Positions 19,828 through 27,922 of a DNA stretch of 32,000 nt are shown here, piece by piece. The stretch is from contig NZ_OZ026462.1 in NCBI RefSeq assembly GCF_964019745.1, forward strand, positions 240,001 through 272,000, written 5' to 3'. The notes under the pieces are model-generated. The model had not been told where the DNA came from, ran no database searches, and worked only from the letters and a program-made list of their open reading frames with translations. The first letter of the stretch is position 1. Every line of letters begins with the position of its first letter. Made by a program: the position numbers and the translations under genes. This DNA comes from Candidatus Saccharimonadota bacterium (lineage in GTDB: Bacteria > Pseudomonadota > Gammaproteobacteria > Burkholderiales > Burkholderiaceae).

Positions 19828-21084
19828 TCAAAAATTTATATTTTTTAAAGATAAAATATTTTTAATAAATTTAATAATTTGTATTTTTAATAAAGATCCC
19901 TGCATTTTTCTTAAAATTTCTTTTGCTTTTAATTTAATTTTTATACAATCTTGAAAATTATTAATATTATTATTACCAATAATTATATTTATTAAAAATT
20001 TAGAAAAAGGTATAGAGTTTTTAATTAAAATTTTAAATTTTTCACTTCCAAATTTTTTTATAAAAGTATCTGGATCATAACCATTAGGAAGAAAAATAAA
20101 TTTTATTATTTTTTTATCTATTTTAATTTTTAAACATACTTTTAAAGTATTAATTGTAGCTAATTTTCCAGCTTCATCGCCATCAAAACAAAAAATTATA
20201 TTTTTTGTTTGTTGTAATAATTTTTTTATATGTATTAATGTACATGTTGAACCTAAAACTGCTACAGTATTTTTAAAACCAGATTGGTATAATGTTAATA
20301 CATCTATATAACCTTCAGTTACTAAAACATAATTTTTTTTTTGAATTTTTTTTTTTACTTCATATAAACCATATAGTATATTTTTTTTTTCGAAAATTTC
20401 TGTTTTTGGAGAATTTAAATATTTAATTTTATCATTTTTAATAGTTCTACCACCAAAACCAATAGTTTGACCATGAATATTTTTTATTGGAAATATTATT
20501 CTACCTCTAAATCTATCATAATAATAATTATTAATATTATTTTTAATTATTAAAGTAGAATCTAAAAAATTTAAAAATTTATATTTTAAAAATTCTTTAT
20601 ATAATAAATTCCATTTATTTTTTGCATATCCTATATTAAATTTTTTTATTATTTTATAAGAAATTTTTCTATTTTTTAAATAAATTAAAGCATTTTTTGA
20701 TAAAAATAATTGTTTCATAAAAAAATGTTTAGCAATATTTATTAAATTAAGAATTTCAATTTTATTTATTTTTTTTTTTTTTATTATTCGTGGTTTTTTA
20801 TAAATTATCGATTGTTTATTTTTTGATAAAATTTTTATAGCTTCTAAAAAATTAATTTTTAAAAAATTAGTTAAAAAATTGATTACATTTCCAGATGTTT
20901 TACAACCAAAACAATAATAAAATTGTTTTTCTTGATTTACAGTAAAACTAGGATTTTTTTCATTATGAAATGGACATAAAGCAATATAATTAGAACCTTT
21001 ATTTTTTAATGTAATATAATTATTTATTATTTCAATAATATTTATACTATTTAATATTTCTTTTATATTTTTTTTATTTATCAT
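19828..21084 (-). CDS. dnaG: DNA primase DnaG, C-terminally shortened (418 aa)
   Basis: Zinc finger CPFHNEKNPSFTV...CFGC and Toprim motifs EGYIDVLTLYQSG and FCFDGDEAGKLAT are present. It sits in the rpsU-dnaG-rpoD order. The stop codon is TGA. Confidence 0.9.
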   Translation of the reverse strand: MINKKNIKEILNSINIIEIINNYITLKNKGSNYIALCPFHNEKNPSFTVNQEKQFYYCFGCKTSGNVINFLTNFLKINFLEAIKILSKNKQSIIYKKPRIIKKKKINKIEILNLINIAKHFFMKQLFLSKNALIYLKNRKISYKIIKKFNIGYAKNKWNLLYKEFLKYKFLNFLDSTLIIKNNINNYYYDRFRGRIIFPIKNIHGQTIGFGGRTIKNDKIKYLNSPKTEIFEKKNILYGLYEVKKKIQKKNYVLVTEGYIDVLTLYQSGFKNTVAVLGSTCTLIHIKKLLQQTKNIIFCFDGDEAGKLATINTLKVCLKIKIDKKIIKFIFLPNGYDPDTFIKKFGSEKFKILIKNSIPFSKFLINIIIGNNNINNFQDCIKIKLKAKEILRKMQGSLLKIQIIKFIKNILSLKNINF

Positions 21085-21108
21085 AAATTTTTATTTAATA
21101 ATTAGATA

Positions 21109-21321
21109 TTAATATAATTTTTTAGGTAGTCTTTGACTTTTAATTCTTTTATAATTACGTTTTTTTGCTAAAATTAATTTACGTTTTTTTTTAGCTGTTG
21201 GTTTTTCATAAAATTCTTTTAATTTTAATCTTATTAATAATCCATTTTTTTCAATATTTCTTTTAAATCTTCTTAAAGCTACTTCAAAAGGTTCGTTTTC
21301 TTTTAAAATAATAAAAGTCAT
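21109..21321 (-). CDS. rpsU: 30S ribosomal protein S21
   Basis: 70-aa [28 protein letters not shown] closely matches the S21 consensus. Confidence 0.95.
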   Translation of the reverse strand: MTFIILKENEPFEVALRRFKRNIEKNGLLIRLKLKEFYEKPTAKKKRKLILAKKRNYKRIKSQRLPKKLY

Positions 21322-21381
21322 AAATATTTTTTATATATAATTTTTATAAAGATATACTTTTTATAAAGTATATAAAATAAA

Positions 21382-24300
21382 TTATTTATTAATTATTAAT
21401 TTACCATTATTTAAAATAAGAGCTGAATTAATAAATTTAGAAGGAAAAATTAAAAAAAAATTTTTTTGAAAAATTAAAATTTTTTTTAAATTTTTTAATA
21501 AAGAATTATTATTTAAAATAAATAAATTGTAATTTAAAATCCATATTTTTTTTTTAAAAAAAACAATTCTATTACATATTATTTTTTTTTTTTTTTTATA
21601 TATTTTTACATTATTTAATGCTTTAATAAATTTTTTAGGATTAAAAAATTTTTCTAATTTAAAATTATTTAAAACATTAATAATTATTTTTAAAATTTTT
21701 TTAGTTATTTTATAAGAACAAGAAAAATATTTTTTAATATTTTGAATATTAGGAAGTTTTATAGGCCATTTATTTTTATTTAAAATGTGTGAAATAAAAA
21801 TATAAATTTTTTTTTTTTTTATATAAATATTATTTTTAATAAAATATTTATTTTTAATATAAAAAATATTTTTTTTTTTTTTAAATAATTCTTTTTTAGA
21901 AATTTTTTTATATTTTTTATTATTTTCAAATAATATTTGATACCAATTTTTAAAAATATTTTTTTTATTTATTATTTTATTTTTTATACCACTTATAATT
22001 AATAATTGTTTAGCTCTTGTTAAAGCAACATATAAAATATTTAAATATTCTTGAAATTTTATTTTTTTTTCTAAATTAAAAAATTTTTTTTTAATTAATT
22101 CATATTTTTTATTTTTCTCAAAAATTGAAAAATGTAATTTACTATTACTATCATAAGGAAAATTAAATAATAAATCAATATTTTCATATATAATATTATT
22201 ATGATTAGTATCAGGCAATATTACTATTGGTGATTCTAATCCTTTTGATTTATGTATAGTTACAATATGTATTGTATTTTTAAAAAAATAATTTTCTTTT
22301 TTTATATAAATTTTTTTATTTGAAATATTTTTTATATAAATAATAAATTTTTCTATAGTTATATTTTTAATATTTTTATATAAAAAAATAAATTTAAAAA
22401 AATTTTTAATTTTTTTAAAATTTTTTATAAATTTATTATAAAATAAACTTATTAATTGATATTCTTTTAAAATTTTTTTTAATAAATTATAAATTGAAAA
22501 ATATTTTGTATATTTTATCCATTTTAATAAATATATTAAAATAAAATTAGTTTTTTTAGAAAATAAATATTTTTTTTGTAAAAAAAAATTTTTATATTTT
22601 TTTTCTTTTATTTTAGAAATTTTTTTTAAATCTTTTTTAGAAATTAAAAAAAAATTACTTTTTAAAATTTGTATTAATAATAATTTATTATTTTTAGTTG
22701 TTAAAAATTTTAATAAAATAATTAAATTATTTATAATAAATAAATTAAATATTTTTTTTTTTTTATCTGAAGTAAAAGGTATATTATATTTTTTAAAAGC
22801 TTTTTCATATTCTTTTAAATATTTTCTAGTTTTAATTAATATTAAAAAATCTTTCCATTTAATTTTTCTTTTTATTTTTTTTTTATATATTAATTTTTTT
22901 TTTTTTATTAATAAAATTGATTGTGCAATTTGTTCTCCTTCTTTAAATCTTTGAATATCTATTTTTTTTTTTTTAAAATTATTTATTTTTTTTTTATTAA
23001 AATAATTAATTAAAGGTAATTTCCAAACTTCACCTTTTATTAAATTTGTCGTATATTGTTTTTGAAAAAAAATATTTTTTTTTACTAAAGTATTATTTAT
23101 TATATTTATAATATTTATAGAATTTCTTTTTGTTACATTTGTTTGTAATAAAAAAATTTTATTTTTTTTTAAAAATTTTTTTATATAAATAAAAATTCTA
23201 TAATCACTTTTCCTAAAATTATAAATTGATTGTTTTGGATCGCCTACAAAAAATATTTTTATATTATTTTGTTTTTTATTTAAATTAATAATTGAATTAA
23301 TAATTTTCCATTGTATTAAATTTATATCTTGAAATTCATCTATAATAATATGTTTAAAATTTATATTTATTTTTTTTTTATTATTATTATTTAATAATAA
23401 ATATGTTTCAAATTCTAAATCTATAAAATCTAATATTTTTTTTTTTTTTTTTTTTTTTATATATATTTTTAAAAAAAATTTTGCTATATTAAATAATATT
23501 TTATTATATTTAAAAATATAATTTTTATTATTAATATTTAATATATTAATAATATTATAATATTTTATTTTAAATAAATTAAAATTTATTTTTTTTTTTA
23601 AAATATTAATTTTTCTTTTTTTTTTATATTTAGTATAAAATATATTATATAATTTTTTAAATTGTTTTATTGAAGGTTTAGAAATTAAAATTTTAGATAA
23701 AATTAAACTTTTTTTTTTATATGAAGGTGTTAATTTATTAAAAATATTTATAATAAAATTTATATTTTTTATAAATTTTTTTTCTTTCCATATTTTTAAT
23801 ATATATTTTTTTTTTTTTTTTTTACAAATTTTTTTTATTTCTTTTAAATGTGTTGTTTTTTTTTTTTTTAAAATATTATTGTATAATAACCATTCATCTC
23901 TTTTAAAAATAAATTTTTTTAAAATTTTTTTAGTATTTTTTATACCTAAAATTTTTATAGATTTTAAAAAATATTTTTTATATTTTTTATATTTTAATTT
24001 TTGTAAATTAATTAATAATTTTTTATATGTTTCATTTATTAATATTTCTGTATTTTCTAATATATTATATTTTTTTTTAAAAAAAAAATTTTTTTTTAAA
24101 AAAAATAAAAACCAACCATGAAATGTAAAAAAATTTATTTTTTTATTTTTAAATAAAAATATTTTATATAAATTTTTTATTTTTATATAATTTTTTTTTA
24201 TTTCTTTTTTTAAAAAACCATATTTTATAAAAATTTTATAAAATTTTTTTTTGTTAATATTTATAATGTAAAAAAAAAATTTTTTTATTTTTTTTTTTAT

Positions 24301-24516
24301 TTCTTTTAAAGCTATACGTGTAAATGTTAAAATTAATATTTTTTTATAATTATTATATTTTATTAATAAATGAATAATTCTAATAATTATTAATTTAGTT
24401 TTTCCACTCCCAGCACAAGCTTCAATAAAAATTGAATTATTTAAATTATTAGCAGTAGAAAAAAATATTTTTTTTTTTACTATTAAATTATTTATTTTAA
24501 ATTTTTTTTTTTTCAT
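21382..24516 (-). CDS. SF1 UvrD/RecB/AddA-family DNA helicase with a degenerate C-terminal nuclease-like region
   Basis: Helicase motifs present are I ACAGSGKT, Ia TFTRIALKEI, II IIIDEFQDIN, III FFVGDPKQSIYNFR, V TIHKSKGLESPIVI and VI LYVALTRAKQLLII. I prefer ATG 24516 (MKKKKFKINN) to the TTG 24561 of the ORF track. Confidence 0.8.
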   Translation of the reverse strand: MKKKKFKINNLIVKKKIFFSTANNLNNSIFIEACAGSGKTKLIIIRIIHLLIKYNNYKKILILTFTRIALKEIKKKIKKFFFYIININKKKFYKIFIKYGFLKKEIKKNYIKIKNLYKIFLFKNKKINFFTFHGWFLFFLKKNFFFKKKYNILENTEILINETYKKLLINLQKLKYKKYKKYFLKSIKILGIKNTKKILKKFIFKRDEWLLYNNILKKKKTTHLKEIKKICKKKKKKYILKIWKEKKFIKNINFIINIFNKLTPSYKKKSLILSKILISKPSIKQFKKLYNIFYTKYKKKRKINILKKKINFNLFKIKYYNIINILNINNKNYIFKYNKILFNIAKFFLKIYIKKKKKKKILDFIDLEFETYLLLNNNNKKKININFKHIIIDEFQDINLIQWKIINSIINLNKKQNNIKIFFVGDPKQSIYNFRKSDYRIFIYIKKFLKKNKIFLLQTNVTKRNSINIINIINNTLVKKNIFFQKQYTTNLIKGEVWKLPLINYFNKKKINNFKKKKIDIQRFKEGEQIAQSILLIKKKKLIYKKKIKRKIKWKDFLILIKTRKYLKEYEKAFKKYNIPFTSDKKKKIFNLFIINNLIILLKFLTTKNNKLLLIQILKSNFFLISKKDLKKISKIKEKKYKNFFLQKKYLFSKKTNFILIYLLKWIKYTKYFSIYNLLKKILKEYQLISLFYNKFIKNFKKIKNFFKFIFLYKNIKNITIEKFIIYIKNISNKKIYIKKENYFFKNTIHIVTIHKSKGLESPIVILPDTNHNNIIYENIDLLFNFPYDSNSKLHFSIFEKNKKYELIKKKFFNLEKKIKFQEYLNILYVALTRAKQLLIISGIKNKIINKKNIFKNWYQILFENNKKYKKISKKELFKKKKNIFYIKNKYFIKNNIYIKKKKIYIFISHILNKNKWPIKLPNIQNIKKYFSCSYKITKKILKIIINVLNNFKLEKFFNPKKFIKALNNVKIYKKKKKIICNRIVFFKKKIWILNYNLFILNNNSLLKNLKKILIFQKNFFLIFPSKFINSALILNNGKLIINK
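23436..23458 (-). repeat. A23 homopolymer on the coding (minus) strand of the helicase gene (encodes K7)
   Basis: Direct count of 23 consecutive T on the plus strand. Read on the minus strand as ATA AAA x7 ATA. Confidence 0.95.
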
Positions 24517-24756
24517 AAATAAAAATATATATAATATTTTTATATTTTTTATTAAAAACAAATTGTAATTGATATTAATTATATTTATTATATAATATAA
24601 ATTGTTTTATATATAGAATATACTTATAATATATACTAATATTTAAATATTTTTTTTAAAAAAATATTTATATTTTTATATAAATTATTTATATATAAAA
24701 TATATATAATATATATTATATATTAATTTATAAAAAAAAAATTAAAAATTTTAATT

Positions 24757-25089
24757 ATGTTAAAAATTGTAAAATCTGTTACAGATTTATCATTTGAAAA
24801 TGATATTTTAAAAGCTAAAAGACCAATTATATTAGATTTTTGGGCTCCTTGGTGTAATCCTTGTAAAATGGTTTTACCAATTTTTTCTAAAGTAGCATTA
24901 GAATATAAAAATATTATAATTTTTACAAAATTAAATGTAGATGAAAATTCTGAAATTACTAAAATTTTTAATATTAAAAGTATTCCTACTTTATATTTTT
25001 TTAGAAAAGGTATAGTTATTTCTAAAAGAATAGGAGTTTTTTCTGAAAGTCAACTTATGTATTTTATTGAAAAAAATGTTCATAAATAA
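24757..25089 (+). CDS. trxA: thioredoxin with variant WCNPC active site
   Basis: 110-aa ORF. ILDFWAPWCNPCKM plus IPTLYFF (cis-Pro) match the thioredoxin 1 architecture. It lies immediately upstream of rho, as in many proteobacteria. Confidence 0.9.
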   Translation: MLKIVKSVTDLSFENDILKAKRPIILDFWAPWCNPCKMVLPIFSKVALEYKNIIIFTKLNVDENSEITKIFNIKSIPTLYFFRKGIVISKRIGVFSESQLMYFIEKNVHK

Positions 25090-25175
25090 TTTTTTTAAGA
25101 TATATTTTATAAAAAAAAAAATAAAAAAGAAAGAAATAAGAAGTAAAAAAAAAGAAAAAATTTTAAATAATATTT

Positions 25176-26432
25176 ATGCATTTATCAAAATTAAAAATTT
25201 TACATATGACTTATTTATTTAAAATTGCTACTAATTTAGGTTTAAAAAAAATATCTTTTTTAAAAAAACAAGAATTAATTTTTAATATTTTAAAAAAAAA
25301 TTTTCAATTAGGAAAACAAATTTTTGGTAATGGTATATTAGAAATATTACCTGAAGGTTTTGGTTTTTTAAGATCTTCAAATTCAAATTATATTGCTTCT
25401 ATTGATGATATTTATATTTCTCCATCTCAAATACGTAAATTTAATCTTTTTACTGGAGATTTTATAGAAGGTGAAATTAGATTACCTAAAATTAATGAGC
25501 GTTATCTTGCAATTATGAAAATAATTAAAATTAATTATAAATCACCAGAATTTTTTAAACAAAGAATTTTATTTGAAAATTTAGTTCCTTTACATGCGAA
25601 TAAATTATTTATTTTAGAAAAAAATCTTTTAACAAAAGAAGAAAATACTACTTGTAGAGTTATTGATTTAATAGCACCAATTGGTAAAGGTCAAAGAGGA
25701 TTATTAGTTTCTTCACCAAAATCAGGAAAATCTATTATTTTAAAACATATAGCACGTGCTATTACTTTAAATTATCCAAAAGTTATTTTATTAGTTTTAT
25801 TAATAGATGAAAGACCAGAAGAAGTAACTGAAATGCAAAGATCTATTTTAGGAGAAGTTATTGCTTCTACTTTTGATGAATCAGCTTATAGACATGTACA
25901 AGTTTCAGAGATGGTATTAGAAAAAGCAAAAAGATTAGTAGAAAATAAAAAAGATGTTATAATACTATTAGATTCTATTACTAGATTAGCGAGAGCTTAT
26001 AATACTATTACTCCTTTATCTGGTAAAATATTAACTGGAGGTGTTGATGCAAATGCTTTACAAAGACCTAAGAGGTTTTTTGGAGCTGCTAGAAATATAG
26101 AAGAAGGTGGATCTTTAACAATTATTGCTACTGCTTTAATTGATACTGGAAGTAAAATGGATGATGTAATTTATGAAGAATTTAAAGGCACTGGAAATAT
26201 GGAAATTCATCTTGAAAGAAGATTAGCAGAAAAAAGAGTTTATCCTGCTATTAATTTAAAAAAATCTGGAACTAGACGAGAAGAATTATTAATAGAAAAA
26301 AAAAAATTACAAAAAATTTGGATTTTAAGAAGATTAATATTTGATATGGATGAAATTTCTGCTATGGAATTTTTTTTAAAAAAATTTAAAATTACAAAAA
26401 ATAATGAAGATTTTTTAAAAATGATAATATAA
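25176..26432 (+). CDS. rho: transcription termination factor Rho
   Basis: 418-aa ORF. The primary RNA-binding site is EGFGFLRS. Walker A is PKSGKS within [14 protein letters not shown], and Walker B is [21 protein letters not shown] and the C-terminal [10 protein letters not shown] are also present. Confidence 0.97.
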   Translation: MHLSKLKILHMTYLFKIATNLGLKKISFLKKQELIFNILKKNFQLGKQIFGNGILEILPEGFGFLRSSNSNYIASIDDIYISPSQIRKFNLFTGDFIEGEIRLPKINERYLAIMKIIKINYKSPEFFKQRILFENLVPLHANKLFILEKNLLTKEENTTCRVIDLIAPIGKGQRGLLVSSPKSGKSIILKHIARAITLNYPKVILLVLLIDERPEEVTEMQRSILGEVIASTFDESAYRHVQVSEMVLEKAKRLVENKKDVIILLDSITRLARAYNTITPLSGKILTGGVDANALQRPKRFFGAARNIEEGGSLTIIATALIDTGSKMDDVIYEEFKGTGNMEIHLERRLAEKRVYPAINLKKSGTRREELLIEKKKLQKIWILRRLIFDMDEISAMEFFLKKFKITKNNEDFLKMII

Positions 26433-26463
26433 AATTAAAAAATTATTTTTTAATAAAAAATTT

Positions 26464-26712
26464 ATGAAAAAAAATATTCATCCAATATATAGATATGTTG
26501 TTTTTTATGATGTTTCAATAAATTATAAATTTATTATTAAATCTTCAATAAAAACAAAAAAAAAAATTAATTTTAATGGTATTAATTATCCTTTTATTAA
26601 AATAGAAGTTTCTTCTAAATCTCATCCGTTTTATACTGGTAAAAATAAAATATTAGATATCTCTGGAAGAGTAGAAAATTTTAAAAAAAAATTTAATTAT
26701 ATTTATGATTAA
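26464..26712 (+). CDS. rpmE2: 50S ribosomal protein L31, type B (no zinc-binding cysteines)
   Basis: 82-aa [19 protein letters not shown] ... [12 protein letters not shown] with no Cys residues matches YkgM-type L31. Confidence 0.9.
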   Translation: MKKNIHPIYRYVVFYDVSINYKFIIKSSIKTKKKINFNGINYPFIKIEVSSKSHPFYTGKNKILDISGRVENFKKKFNYIYD

Positions 26713-27466
26713 TAAAAATATTTTTTTTAGTTTTACAAATTTTGCAAAATAAATTTTTTTTAATTTTAAATTTTAGAAGTTTCATTTTTTTTAAATTTAA
26801 TGTATAAAAAAAATTTTTTTTATTTTTAATATTTATTATTAATTTTATAGTTTCTGAAGCTTGTATTGCACCTATTATTCCTGCTAATGGCGAGAATATT
26901 CCTAAATTTGAGCATTTTTCTTCTTTTATTTTTTTTTTAGGAAATACACATTCATAACAAGGATTTTTAGAAAATCTTTTATCAAAAACACAAATTTGTC
27001 CATTAAATTTTATAGCAGATCCTGAAATTAATGGTATTTTATTTTTAACACATGCTTTGTTAATTATAAATCTTGTTTTAAAATTATCACTACAATCTAA
27101 TAATATTTTTTTTTTATTTATAAAATTATAAATATTATTATTATTTATTTTTTCTTCTATAGTTTTTATTTTAATATTTGGATTTATTTTTTTTAATGTT
27201 TTTTTTCCTGATAAAACTTTTTTTTTTTTTAAATTATTAGTATTATGTATAATTTGTCTTTGTAAATTTGTTAAATTTACAATATCATTATCAATTAATG
27301 TAATTTTTCCTATACCAGAAGAAGCAAGATAAATAGCAGCTGTAGAACCTATACCACCAATACCTATAATTATTACATGACTTGATAATAATTTTTTTTG
27401 ACCTTTAATATTTATTTCTTTTAATAAAATATGTCTTGAATAACGTAATAATTGTTTATTATTCAT
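26693..27466 (-). CDS. MoeB/ThiF-family E1-like adenylyltransferase
   Basis: 257-aa ORF. Motifs are LRYSRHILL, the GIGGIGS nucleotide loop, [12 protein letters not shown] ... [15 protein letters not shown] and a C-terminal CKIC. Two CxxC zinc motifs and the size match E. coli MoeB. There is no rhodanese domain. Confidence 0.85.
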   Translation of the reverse strand: MNNKQLLRYSRHILLKEINIKGQKKLLSSHVIIIGIGGIGSTAAIYLASSGIGKITLIDNDIVNLTNLQRQIIHNTNNLKKKKVLSGKKTLKKINPNIKIKTIEEKINNNNIYNFINKKKILLDCSDNFKTRFIINKACVKNKIPLISGSAIKFNGQICVFDKRFSKNPCYECVFPKKKIKEEKCSNLGIFSPLAGIIGAIQASETIKLIINIKNKKNFFYTLNLKKMKLLKFKIKKNLFCKICKTKKNIFINHKYN

Positions 27467-27520
27467 ATTTTTATTTTTAAATATTTTTATTTATGTTATA
27501 ATTTTATATATTTGTTAATA

Positions 27521-27917
27521 GGGGTTGATTTGGTTTCGACGTATTTATCATAATAATACATTGCATATTGAGAATCTAATTATCTCATAAAATTTATTAG
27601 AAAATTTTTTAAAAAATAACTGCAAACGAAAATAATTACGCAATAGCTGCTTAAAAATAAGTAGTTACCTTATTCCATGATTTCTCTATAATGGTTTTTA
27701 TTATATATAAAAAATATATTAATAATATATAAGGTTATAAATAGAGAATCGTTTTAAAATTTTTTTCACAAAATTTTAAAATTAAATTTTTTGTGAATTT
27801 ATATTAATAAATATGCTTGTTTATTTTATTAATATTAAGTTAAAAAAACAATGCTAAATATGTAGATATGTTTATATTGATATTTTACGGACGCGGGTTC
27901 GATCCCCGCCAACTCCA
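27521..27917 (+). ncRNA. ssrA: tmRNA (SsrA), one-piece, tag peptide ANENNYAIAA
   Basis: The 5' end ggggttgatttggtttcgacg and the 3' end ggacgcgggttcgatccccgccaactcca form the tRNA-like domain. Acceptor stem is ggggttg/caactcc, with a G3-U pair. The tag reading frame is GCA AAC GAA AAT AAT TAC GCA ATA GCT GCT TAA at 27622-27654. CCA is not encoded. Confidence 0.92.
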
Positions 27918-27922
27918 AAATT

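Noticed and set aside
23879-24121. 80-aa ORF on the plus strand (MYNNHSSLLKINFF...)
   Set aside because: It lies entirely antisense within the helicase gene. It is low-complexity F/I/K/N sequence with no motif, so it is most likely a chance open frame.
24517-24561. N-terminal extension of the helicase ORF from TTG 24561 (MFLIKNIKILYIFLF)
   Set aside because: An in-frame ATG at 24516 gives a typical lysine-rich N-terminus shortly before the Walker A motif. The hydrophobic TTG-initiated extension is probably an ORF-caller artefact. The same reasoning applies to TTG 8292 versus ATG 8238 for the esterase.
25090-25175. Purine-rich, C-free leader upstream of rho (aaaaagaaagaaataagaagtaaaaaaaaagaaaaaa)
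   Set aside because: I considered it as a rho autoregulatory attenuator. Such leaders work through C-rich rut sites, and this one has no C. No structure or conserved element can be supported from the sequence alone.
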